Below, piece after piece: positions 1-12,300 of a DNA stretch of 64,000 bases. The position numbers and the translations under genes were made by a program. The DNA comes from Strigamia acuminata (lineage: Eukaryota), in assembly GCA_949358305.1 (NCBI GenBank), contig OX442314.1:1860001-1924000 (forward strand), written 5' to 3'. Under the pieces are notes generated by a model. That model had not been told where the DNA came from, made no database searches, and saw only the letters and a program-made list of their open reading frames with translations. Positions within the stretch are counted from its first letter, which is position 1. Each line of letters starts with the position of its first letter.

Positions 1-3000
1 TGCCGCATTGCGATTCCAAACAAGAAGCGCTCTCCCGATTTTGCTACTGCGTCGTTGAGAATTCCTTCATTTTGGCGCTTCTAGAGCAACCGCTGGGCAA
101 CGACCAAGGTCAAATTGACCAATCCAAATTGCGAAAAATTCCTCATTTTCGTCTGTTTTTAGATCCGCAACCGACGGTGACGGTTCTAAACCGCGGACCC
201 TTTGGTCGACACGCCTGGGCGATGCAATTACGTCATTTGCCGCGGCACAAGTCCGGCACCAAGTGCTATGCGGTCAATCCCGGTCGTCCGTTGCCGATGA
301 ACGACTTGGGCATTGTGCATAATATCCGGCAGAGACATTTCCCCGAGTCGGTCGATCGAATTAATTTTTGCAAAGCGTAAGTTTGTGTCAATCTTAGTGA
401 AGAAATGCGCTTCGAGCTCCATTAATGGTCGATATATGAACGAAAAATCCAAATATAGTTGAAAAAATGCATTTTAGCTGAAAAAATATGCATTTTAAGG
501 AGAAAAAACGAACAATTTTATGCGATCGAATTTAATTTTAGCTTTTATAATGCATTTATAATGCATTTTGAACCTTTATAGTGCATTTATAATCTATTTT
601 GAACCTTTATAATGCATTTATAATGCATTTTGAACCTTTATAATGCATTTTGAACATTAATAATGCATTTATAATGCATTTTGAACATTAATAATGCATT
701 TATAATGCATTTTGAACCTTTATATTGCATTTATAATTCGTTTTGAACCTTTTTAATGCATATTTTAGGATTAAAATTTGTTAGAGTGCTATTTTATTGT
801 GTGTTTTAATCGTTAATAGAGAGAGAAGCATTCCGACTCTGGAGTCTTTGCTGAACGACGAGCAAATAGCTACTGAACATGAGAAATTGTCGCAGTTATT
901 GGATTCGCAAATTGCGTTTGAAGAGAAAATCCAACGCAAAAACGAAATTTCCAAATCGGAATATCCAAACTCGGAAACTGAGTGCAGAGCACCCGAGTAA
1001 AACAAAAACGACATAATAGTAAAAAGTAAAAATAAAAATACAATGTCTTTTTCAGGTTATGTCACGAATTCCAAACGGCGCGCTTGTTTCTATCGCATTT
1101 CGGATTTCTTTCGTTAGAATCGCTACGGGTAAAAAATTTAATAAAAAAAAACCGAAATAAATTCAAAAAAATTCAAAAATTATCAAAAAAAATACGGAAA
1201 AATTCAAAGTATTCAAAATTTAATTTTTCTTTTTGTCACAGGAATCGATCATTTGTTCGCATCCGTCACTAATCCGTCTGGACAGCGGTCAAACGAATTT
1301 CATGAGCGACATTGAGACCTTGGACAAAATGTCTGGTCGCACTTACGACACGGTTTTCGTGTTTTACGTGAAAAGCGGTCAAAAAAATGCGCAAGAAATC
1401 ATCGCGAACGTTGTAAACATGATCATTCGATCTATTTTGAATTGTTTTGAATTGTTTGAATTGATTTAGACGCATCGAGAGAACGTGAGCACTTCGTTCA
1501 TGGAGTTTCTTTTGAGTCTGGGCTGGCCGGTTGATGTGGCCAGACATCCCGGTTGGACGGGTCACGTGAGCACGAGTTGGAAAGTGACTTCTGGTTGCGA
1601 GTTGTCGGATTCGGACGAGGAGGAGCACGGTGGGGCGCGATATTGTGGCCAGAAACAAGTTTTGTATTGGTCGGACTTCAGTTCCGAAATGGCTTTTGTC
1701 GTGCCAACCGCCAAACGGAAAGAAAATGTGCAATTAAACCACGAAGGTGAAACATCCATTGGAGTATTGAATACATTTTCGATTTTGACAGGAATAATTA
1801 AGAAAATTCAATTTCTTGTGCATTTTTCTTTGAAATATTTAGAAAATTTTATTTCTTTTTATGATATATCGAAAAATTTCGATTTATTTTTGATTTTTCT
1901 GATAAAAATTAAAAAAATTCGATTTCTTTTGCATTTTTCTTTGAAAAATGTAGAAAATTTAATTTCTTTTTATGATATATCAAAAAATTTCGATTTCTTT
2001 TCGATTTTTCTGATAAAAATTAAGAAAAGTCGATTTCTTTTTGACTTTTCTGATAAAAATTAAGAAAATTCGATTTCTTTTCGATTTTTCTGATAAAAAT
2101 TAAGAAAATTCGATTTCTTTTTGATTTTTCTGATATAAATTAAGAAAACTCCATTTCTTTTAATGAAAGATTGAGGAAATGTGAAATATTCATGAAAATT
2201 TGCGAGTATTCGACTTTATTTCATAAAAAATTACAAAATTCGATTTTATTTCATGAAAAATTACAAAATTCGATTTTATTTCATGAAAAATTGCGTGTAT
2301 TCGACTTTATTTCATGAAAAATTACAAAATTCGATTTTATTTCATGAAAAATTGCGTGTATTCAATTTTATTTCATGAAAAATTGCGTGTATTCGATTTT
2401 ATTTCATGAAAAATTGCGAGTATTCGACTTTATTTTATGAAAAATTAACAAAATTCGACTTTATTTCATGAAAAATTAACAAAATTCGACTTTATTTCAT
2501 GAAAAATTAACAAAATTAGACTTTATTTCATGAAAAATTAACAAAATTAGACTTTATTTCATGAAAAATTAACAAAATTCGACTTTATTTCATGAAAAAT
2601 TAACAAAATTCGACTTTATTTCATGAAAAATTAACAACATTCGACTATATTTCATGAAAAATTAACAAAATTAGACTTTATTTCATGAAAAATTAACAAA
2701 ATTGATTAATTTCTAGTCGATGGTTTTGACCGCTTTGCGCCCGAACGTCACTCGATGCCGCCGGTCGCCGACACAATTCCAGCGTACATGGACACCACGA
2801 AACCACGAACCTTATCCCTCGATTTGGACAAAGTTTCTTACAAAGAACAAGAAAGTCCCGCCGATCCCAGAATCAAAAAATTCGGTCGCGGCTACAGCGC
2901 TTCGTCCGGCAGCGACACAAAAGTCATTCTCGTTTGGCTCGAGAGCTTCGAGGATCACGTCAATTTCCCTTTAAGTAAGTATACAAAAATATAATAATTT

Positions 3001-3837
3001 TGCATGAATTTAATTTTTTTTAAATATATTTTTAGTCGAATTGTTACCGGAAACGACGACCGGAAACGAAATGGCGCCGAATCGAATGTTCGTCATGTTC
3101 ATCCACGCCTTGCAGAACGGACTTTTCCGAATTCACGTTCAAAGACAAGGCTTCAGAGTGTGGTCGGCAATTCCTCTCCTAGATGGCATGGTGGTCAGCA
3201 GGCGGGTCCTGGGACCCCTCGTGAGGCAAACGGCACTCAATGTGTGTCGGAGACGCCGTTTGGAGAACGATTGGTAATGAAAAATGCCGAAAAAAGTCGA
3301 AAAAAGCAAAACTTTATCGATTTCGGATCGGAAATTGAAATAATTGGTTGAAAAATCAAACAATTTATCGATTTTGGATAGAAAATTAAAAAAATTGATC
3401 GAAAAATCAAACAATTTATCGATTTTGGATCGAAAATTTAAAAAATTGATCGAAAAATCAAACAATTTATCGATTTTGGATCGAAAATTAAAAAAATTGA
3501 TTGAAAAATCAAACAATTTATCGATTTTGAATCGAAAATTAAAAAAATTGATGAAAAAATCAAACAATTTATCGATTTTGGATCAAAAATTAAAAAAATT
3601 GATTGCAAAATCAAACAATTTAATAATGAATTTATCGATTTTGGATAGAAAAATTTAGTAATTTATCGATTTCGGATCGGAAAACTAAATAATTTTGAAT
3701 CGAATTTTTATTCCAGTTACCAACCACCGCACATGCGAAGAAAATTCAAACTGCAGGAAATAGCAAACAAATATGGCCGACAAATGACCGAAGCTGAATT
3801 TTATACGAGTTTATTTAAAAATTTACATAATGATTAA
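1..3837 (+). CDS. RALGAPB: Ral GTPase-activating protein subunit beta, 3' exons (gene starts before the window)
   Basis: Spliced exons give VLNRGPFGRHAWAMQLRHLP, ARLFLSHFGFL, DTVFVFYVKSGQ, FLLSLGWPVDV..HPGWTGHV, PLLDGMVVSRRVLGPLVRQTALN and YQPPHMRRKFKLQEI; stop TAA 3835-3837; GT-AG introns. Confidence 0.9.
545..765. repeat. Intronic tandem repeat (ttataatgcattttgaacc-type, about 20/31-bp units)
   Basis: Visible tandem units inside a RALGAPB intron. Confidence 0.8.
1790..2705. repeat. Intronic tandem repeats (about 40-bp units, then 30/31-bp ttatttcatgaaaaattaacaaaattcgact units)
   Basis: Visible tandem units inside a RALGAPB intron. Confidence 0.85.
3310..3700. repeat. Intronic tandem repeat, 51-bp unit
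   Basis: 17-aa periodicity in the spurious ORFs 3344-3658 and 3139-3567. Confidence 0.85.
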
Positions 3838-3886
3838 TAATTTTTAAAAAATGAGAAAAAAAAACTTTAAAAAAAAACACCAAAAA

Positions 3887-4808
3887 TCAAGATTTGTGAT
3901 TTGTCGTCCATAATCCCGATATATTCACATCCTTAACCGAATTTATAGCATTATGTACGTGTTGAACCAACTCCTCGTGCACCTCGTCAAACGTGCGATC
4001 TGCATCCACCAACTGCAAAAATCAAACGAAATAAAACAAATATGTATATATTTATTGGAACTACGTCATCAAACTCACTTTCCAACTGCGATCCTTCAAC
4101 CGCAAATAATTCTCATAAACCTTATTTTGGAATTTCAAGCTCTCGTAGCGCTCGTCGCCGAACCCCGAACGTTCCGCCGCTCGCTGAGGATTTATATCGA
4201 GAAAAAGCACCAAATCTGGCCGCGGCAGACCCACGTCCGGCTGCTTGCACCAATCCATTTCCATCCCCTGAACAACCAATGAAAAATCAGAATAAAATAT
4301 TTCGATTTCGGAATTTCGTTTACCTGTTTCGCTGCGGAAAAAGCGACTCCAGAATACGCGTAACGGTCGATCAGGATGCTGGTTCCTTCCATCAACTTGT
4401 TTTTAATCGTTTCACTGCGAGATTACGTTCCAGAATTTAGTTATTTCATTTTTAATTCGATTTTTTGAGAAAAAATCTTACGCGAACTCCCATCTGTTGG
4501 CGGAAAATAAATGATGGATCACGTGATCGTCGAGTTGCGATTTTTTCTGCAAATAATCGTGAATTAAAGCTCCTATCATCGTTGTTCGGTCTAAAAAAAT
4601 TTATTTGCAATTATTATTTATTATAACACTCCTATTATAATACTATTATAATACTAAAATAAATATATTTCAAACCTGGGAAACGAAGGAGAATGAGCGC
4701 GTGGCCTTCGCGTTTGAATTTGTCAAGCAGTTTCTTCGCTTGACTCGATTTGCCACTTCTGTCGCATCCTTCGAGCACGATTAATGCGCCTCTGTTCGTG
4801 GAATCCAT
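3887..4808 (-). CDS. DTYMK: Thymidylate kinase (dTMP kinase), multi-exon
   Basis: [19 protein letters not shown]-loop, [31 protein letters not shown] and GDERYE motifs; last exon ends ...[13 protein letters not shown] at 3887; in-frame upstream ATG at 4871. Confidence 0.93.
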
Positions 4809-5506
4809 GGCTGGTTTTGTCGTTGAGAACAAGCGCGGGAAAACGAACCAACAGAACAAGCGCCAATTCATAACGGCCGGGCCATTCATATCAACAAACA
4901 ACCTAGTACGTCATTGAACAATATGACGTCATTTTATAAACGGCCATGATTGACTCAAATTCGAGCTGCAAGTGCGCTTGTGCGGCGGCATCTAGTGGCC
5001 ATATTGAAATAAAATAAAATAAAATAAAATTTGATTCTATTTAAAATAAATATGTAAAAAATAAATGACGCTCTGCAGCTTTTTTTCATTGATTGCGTAC
5101 GACAAGAATTTGATTCCGTTTATTTTCTTCTTCGTAGATCAGATCTGAGATCAAGGGTCAAGACCAAAGGTCTAAAACTAAGAGCAATGACGTCACGAAT
5201 GATTTTTAAATGTCTCCTACAGGACTCCGTAATGATGCGACAGTGGCTCTACCGGTGAGCCAAGACGGAAACAATGCCTGTAGTGAAGGCGCGCGGTACG
5301 ATACGAGCTATCACGGTGCAGGTTGACCAGTAAATTGTTTTAATTCCATTCTATATCACTATCGGTGCTGAATTCTTATCTTTTAGATTTTCTTGAAAAA
5401 AAATTGATTTCCTTAGCGACGGTTGCAGGCCTTGTGTTGTTAGGTTGGCATTGTGGCTTATTTTGTTTGTTTATTTACCTTTCATCTTAGGACGATCCGT
5501 TAAAAA

Positions 5507-8500
5507 ATGAATCCAGTTCCAGAGGCCGACGACGCGTTTTTAATCGCTTCCGAGGCCACTTCGAAGTGCAGCGATCTCGAGAGCCCGATCATCGTACTAA
5601 ACAAGGATACGGTAGTGCGGGAAATTGAAATTTTGATTGTGTTTGACTCATTTTTTGTGTATTTTTTGTTTAGTTTACTGTTGGGCGGTCGATTGACGCA
5701 AATTTCACTATTAATTCGCCGATCGTGTCGCGGATACACGCTCTTTTTAATAGGGATAAGCAAATGTGGACAGTAATGGACAATAAGGTTGAAGTTGGAA
5801 TGGTTTCTTGAATTTCTGTGAATTTTATTGAATTTCTAAGAATTTTATTCAATTTTATTGAATTTTTAAGAATTTTATTGAATTATATTGAATTTCAATG
5901 AATTTTATTGAATTTCTATGAATTTTATTGAATTTCTATGAATTTTATTGAATGTTTAAGAATTTTATTGAATTTCTAAGAATTTTATTGAATTTCTAAG
6001 AATTTTTTTGAATTTCTAAGAATTTTATTCAATTCTATTGAATTTTTAAGAATTTTATTGAAATTTTAAGAATTTTTAAGAAATTTTAAGAATTTTTAAG
6101 AATTTTATTGAATGTTTAAGAATTTTATTGAATTTTTATCAATTTTATTGAATTTCTTTCAATTTTATTGAATTTCTTTCAATTTTATTGAATTTCTTTC
6201 AATTTTATTGAATTTCTTTCAATTTTATTGAATTTCTTTCAATTTTATTGAATTTCTTTCAATTTTATTGAATTTCTTTCAATTTTATTGAATTTCTTTC
6301 AATTTTATTGAATTTCTTTCAATTTTATTGAATTTCTTTCAATTTTATTGAATTTCTTTCAATTTTATTGAATTTCTTTCAATTTTATTGAATTTTTATC
6401 AATTTTATTGAATTTCTTACAATTTTATTGAATTTTTTTCAATTTTATTAAATTTCTATCACTTTTGTTTTGGATTTCTAACATTTCTTACGATTTTTAT
6501 AAATTGTTTAGAATATTTTTGTATTTTTTGAATTATTTTTGTGTTTTGTGTTTTTGAATTTTCTCATGATTCATTTTTATTGTGAAAATTGTTATTAGAC
6601 TTTTTTTTTTTCATTATTTGAATTAAAATTAAATTCTTTTTGAATTTATTGAAAATTTTCGAATCAAAATTAATTTCTTTTTGCATTTTTTGAAATTTTT
6701 CAAATTGAAATTAAATTCTTTTTGAATCATTTAAAAATTTTTCGAAATTTATTTGAATTAAAATCCAAAAAATTTTAATTTTGATATTTCTATTTGTATT
6801 TGATCTTTCCTTTGATTTTTTTTCCCTACAGAGTTTGAACGGAGTTTACATTGACGGCATTAAATTAGAAGCGCACACGCCCAGAACCTTAACCGAAGGC
6901 AACGTGGTTTGTTTCGGCGCAAAAACCCCGACCGAAGAATTCTCCTTCTCCTTTTCCTACTCGACGGAACACGTGCACGAAATGTCCAACTACCCGCCGC
7001 CAAAAAGGCGAAAAATCTCCACCGAGGACGACCAAGCAGCGCGCGAGAAGGAAAGACTCGAAAAGGAAGTGCAGCGCATGCAAACCGAGCTGGAATGCAA
7101 GCGCGAGGTGGAATTAACGCTCAAACAGACGCTGCAGAACAAGGAAAAGGAATTTGAGAACAAAATGGTAAAAAATAATAAATTAATTAAAAAATTTGAT
7201 TAAAAAATATGAAAATTTTAGATGCAAGAAAAGGAAAATGTGCGACAGTTGTTTGAAATGCAATTGAAGAAGCAGTTGGAGGAGTTGGAGAGAAATATGA
7301 TTGGTCAGGTGGACGCGCACCAGTCGCAGTTGATGTTGGTGGACGACGACGAAACGGACGCTGTTAAGAGCGAGTTGGAGAAGGCGCTCAAAGTAAAGGA
7401 GGAGCATCTGACGTTGTTGCGGCGTGAATTGAAAAATATGTCGGAAAAACAGAGGGAGAGTGAGCAGGAGGTGAATACAAGTAGGAAGGAGATTGTGTCC
7501 AAGTTGAATTCGATGCTGGAGACTGAGCTCGAGTGCTGTATATGTTCGGAGATCATCATTAAGGTGATTGATATGAGTATTCTATCATTTTTTGGAGAAA
7601 TTGTTGATATTTTTGGAGAAATTGTTGATATTTTTTGAGAAATTTGATAATTTTCGATAATATTGGGCATATTTTCGATACATTTTGATCATATTTGGCC
7701 ACTTTTCGATACATTTTGATTATATTTGGCCATTTTTCGATATGTTTTGATTATATTTGGCCACTTTTCGATACATTTTGATTATATTTGGCCACTTTTC
7801 TATACATTTTGATTATATTTGGCCATTTTTCGATATGTTTTGATTATATTTGGCCATTTTTCAAGAGATTTTGATTATGTTTGGCCATTTTTCAAGAGAT
7901 TTTTGATTAGATTTGGCCATTTCTCGAAATTTTTTGATGATTTTCAATAATATTTGGCTATTTTTCGAAAAATTTTGATAATTTTCAATAATATTTGGCA
8001 ATTTTCGAGAAATTTTGAAAATTCTAGACATTTTAGCTAAATTTTGAGATTTTTTACAAGATTTAGAATTTGTTTTTTCAAATTCTCAAATTTGAGACTT
8101 TTTTTGCATAAATTTTTGGATAATTTGAGAATTTGCATAAATTTTTCGCAATTTTTTAGAATTTCCATCACTTTTTATGTTTTTAAAGACACTTGAATTT
8201 TCCATTACATTTCTAGAAGATTTGAGAATTTTCATAAATTTTTAGAAAATTTCTAGATTTACCATGAAATCTTAAGGAAATCATTAGAATTTTCACAAAT
8301 TTATACAAAATTTTAAGAATTTTCACAAATTTATACAAAATTTTAAGAATTTTCACAAATTTACACAAAATTTTAAGAATTTTCACAAATTTATACAAAA
8401 TTTTAACAATTTTCACAAATTTATACAAAATTTTAAGAATTTTCATAAATTTTTAGAAAGTTATTAAAATTTTCACAAAATTTTAACAATTTTATTTTAT

Positions 8501-9032
8501 TTTTTTTTGTATTTTTATTTTTTTTATACAAAATTTGAGTAATTTTTTTAGAAATTCACATGACATCTCATTCATTTATAAATTTCTCAAAAAACCTTCA
8601 AATCCCCCACAATTTTTACCGAATCCATCTTAAAAAAAATTTTTAAAAAAATCTAAATCAATTCTACGTACCCCAAAAAAAAATCTCAATCTTTTCTCTG
8701 AAATCTCAATTCAAAAACCCAACTTCCATTCCCACTAATTCCAAAAATGTGACCAATTGCAGGCCGTCGTCCTAAACTGCTCGCACTCGTTCTGCTCCTT
8801 CTGCATCAGCGAATGGAAACGAAAAAAATGCGAATGTCCCGTTTGCCGCGCCGACATCACCAGTCAAACACCCTCCCGCCTCCTAGACTCAATCATCGAC
8901 CTAATGGTCGAATCGTGGTCCCCAGAACTCAAAACCCGTCGCTCCATCATCGTCCAATCGCGCACGACCGACGAAATCGTTCTCTCTTCAGACTCCGAAT
9001 CCTACAACGACAGCGACGACGACGACGAGTGA
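5507..9032 (+). CDS. RNF8: FHA + coiled-coil + C-terminal RING E3 ubiquitin ligase (RNF8-like)
   Basis: FHA motifs across exons (FTVGRS..IVSRIHA..WTVMDNK/SLNGVYIDG), coiled coil, and RING CCICSEIIIK/AVVLNCSHSFCSFCISEWKRKKCECPVCR; C-terminal RING position fits RNF8 rather than CHFR. Confidence 0.85.
5805..6460. repeat. Intronic tandem repeat, 20-bp unit aattttattgaatttctttc
   Basis: More than 25 near-identical units in an RNF8 intron. Confidence 0.9.
7590..8490. repeat. Intronic tandem repeats (21-, 31- and 30-bp units)
   Basis: tatatttggccacttttcgatacattttgat array, then aattttcacaaatttatacaaaattttaag array, in an RNF8 intron. Confidence 0.8.
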
Positions 9033-9341
9033 AACGAAACACAAAATAAAGACAAAAAGCAATTGAAAATTGTTTATTTTCCCTGTAAAACCTATTTAAT
9101 AAACATTAAACCAAACAATTATGTCCTTGAAAAAGCGAAAATGTCGCCCGAAATAATCTAAAATGACGTTATTTAGTGATCAAAGAGTTTCACTGTCGAG
9201 TGATTCACCGCTTAGCAGACGACCTTTCCTTCCCTCTGTCGTCTCGCGAGACCAACGAGACTCGCTTCTCGCATTCGTCTGCACGCAACGTGCCGGGCTG
9301 CAGCTTGCAGGTGCGGGCGAGATCGCACGGAGCGGCGCGAT

Positions 9342-12300
9342 ATGCGCCGGGACCGCAAACTCCGTTTTCTTTTCCTTACAGTGAGCGCCGTAGCCATCAT
9401 AATCTACTCGTTTTACGGCGATTTGGACATCTGGCGCCGCTCCAACACGAAACGAAGAAAGGTAAGCGACAGAACTCGACGAAAAAAATAACCCAAAAAT
9501 TCGGCTTCACCGCGTAACGTTAGCCCAAGAACAGCACCTGTGTTTGCTCATGAATTAAACGAGCAAGAAAACAGGATGTATGATCCACCACCGCCACCTC
9601 CCTGGTGTCAAGTTTTGACATATGACAACAAATGCGCGACGGCCCACACGAGTCATAAATCTCAACTCCCGCCCTTAGATGCATTTCCCCGAGCCGGATA
9701 ACGCCAGGACGATCCCTAACGTCGCAAGTGTGATGGAAAGCCGAGGCGGGCGACCGGTGTCATCTTGTTTTACTCGTTTTTCTCGTTTTTCTCGTTTTCA
9801 GTCGCAACCACCCACGCAACTCGTGTTATTCGACCAGGACGATTACGTTCGAGGTGAAAAATATTTACAATTCGCCACAAGGGATCCGTACAGACGACAC
9901 GCTTTTAATCTCGACGCCACCAATCGTCTACGCAGCGACCGACACGTGCCAGACACCAGACACAACAGGTGAAAAAAACATTATTTTTTCATTTTAAATT
10001 TAATTAATTTGTCTTTTATTTTTTATTTAGGTGTGGTTCGGCGACCTACGACTACGATTCGCTTCCTTCAGCGAGCGTCGTGATCGCTTTTCACAACGAA
10101 GCTCGTTCGGTGCTTTTGCGGACATTAATTAGGTGAGGGAAAATCCGATTAAAGAAAGAACGACTCCGTAAAAGGAAACGTGAGATAAGTTATTCTGTCA
10201 TTACTCATTAGGGAGCATCCACAAATGGTGTCGTGTGTTGTACGGCAATGGGGTGACATTTATATGACATCATTTATGGCCGTTCCCGACATCATTTTAG
10301 AGTAGTGCGTGGGTGGTTGTCAAATGCGCCGACAGGTGTGTTGATGTCGCCCTTTTCTGACCTTGCTCGCTCCATTAATTCCGATCGGTCACGTCCTATT
10401 TTTATGAATAATTTTTTTTTTTTTTTAGTGTTCTCAATCGCACTCCGCCTTCGCTAATCGAAGAAATAATTCTAATCGACGATTTCAGCGACGATGGTAA
10501 GTCAAGCTGTGTGTCTGGCCAGTGGTCAATGAACCAGGAAGATTTGGACTTAAAATTGAAAATAATTTTTTTTTCATCTAAATATGGCGCCGCCTTATCT
10601 AGATTTGATAAAGATAAGGTTAGGTTAGGGGTGTCATGGAGGGGGGTCTATCATAAATTAAGTTTGCGTTTTTATTTTTTGGTCTAACATTTGATTTTTC
10701 GATCTAAAATTGGATTTTTTTTGGCCTAAATTTGAGTTTTTCATCATTTTTTTTACCTAAAATTGGATTTTTTCGCCTAAAATTGGATTTTTTTTAGCCT
10801 TAAATTGGATTTTTTGGCCTTAAATTGGATTTTTTGGCTTAAAATTGAATTGCCGGCCTAAAATTGGATCTTTTGGCTAAAATTGGATTTTTTAGCCTAA
10901 AATTGGATTTTTTAGCCTAAAATTGGATTTTTTGGCCTTAAATTGGATTTTTTGGCTTAAAATTGAATTTCCGGCCTAAAATTGGATCTTTTGGTCTAAA
11001 TTTGGATTTTTTGACCTAAAATTGGATTTTTTTTCCTAAAATTCGATTTTTTTAAACCTGAAATTGAATATTTTGGCCTAAAATTGGATTTTTTTGGCCT
11101 AAAATTGGATTTTTTGGCCTTAAATTGGATTTTTTGGCTTAAAATTGAATTTCCGGCCTAAAATTGGATCTTTTGGTCTAAATTTGGATTTTTTGACCTA
11201 AAATTGGATTTTTTTTCCTAAAATTCGATTTTTTTAAACCTGAAATTGAATATTTTGGCCTAAAATTGGATTTTTTTGGCCTAAAATTGGATTTTTTTGG
11301 CCTAAAATTGGATTTTTTTGGCCTAAAATTGGATTTATTTGCCCTAAAATTGGATTTTTTTGTCCTAAAATTTGATTTTTTTTGGCCTGAAAATGGATTT
11401 TTAGGATTTATCGGCCTAAATTTGAACATTTTTGGTCTAAAAATCAGTTTTTGGCCTACAAATGAAAGGCCAGCCCAAGACTTGTCTTTTTATCTATGCT
11501 AAAATCCGCCTGTGATGCACCGACTTGGCTTTATCATTTCATTGAGCGTGAAATTACGATTCTCGGTCGGGATTTTTAAATTACACGTCAACGAGTTTAC
11601 GAGTTTATAAAAAGACGAAACGGGGCCGTTGGCTCGAGACAAGTCCAAACAAGAGCTCAAATTGGCTGTAAATTTGGAGCGAATCGGCTCTTTTCCGCCA
11701 TTTTGCTTCGTCTATTTATAGAACCGGTTGGCCGTGATTTTTTCCCCCAAATGTCGCATTTCCATTTTATTATTAATATTATTATTTTTTTTGGACGTTT
11801 CATTAAAATATTTAATTAAAAGTCCATTTTTTTCCGGGTTTTTACTGACTCACTCGGTTCTCACGGTGAAAAGGAAATGAAATATGTAACAAAGAGTTGA
11901 TGCCCTCGTTTTGGCCTTAGATGACGCCATTTTTTTTAAAAAAAAATTCCTTTTTTAGCACTAGATGGCTTTCTGCTCGAGGTTTTACCAAAAGTTCGAC
12001 TATTTCGAAACGAAAAACGTCAAGGTAAATTAAAATCCAAATAAAAATGCAAACAAAAAATTAAATTCCAAATTTCATTTATTTCCGTTTTTTAGGCTTA
12101 ATCCGATCCCGGGTTTTGGGTGCGGAGCTATCCCGGGCGGACATTTTGGTCTTTTTAGACAGCCATTGCGAAGTGAACGTAGATTGGCTGGAACCGATGG
12201 TCCAAGAGGTCGTAAAGGTGACATTTCTAAATTAAATTAAATTAAATTTTTAATTTAAAAAAAAAATAATTTTTTTTAGAACCCGCACGCTCTCGTGAGT

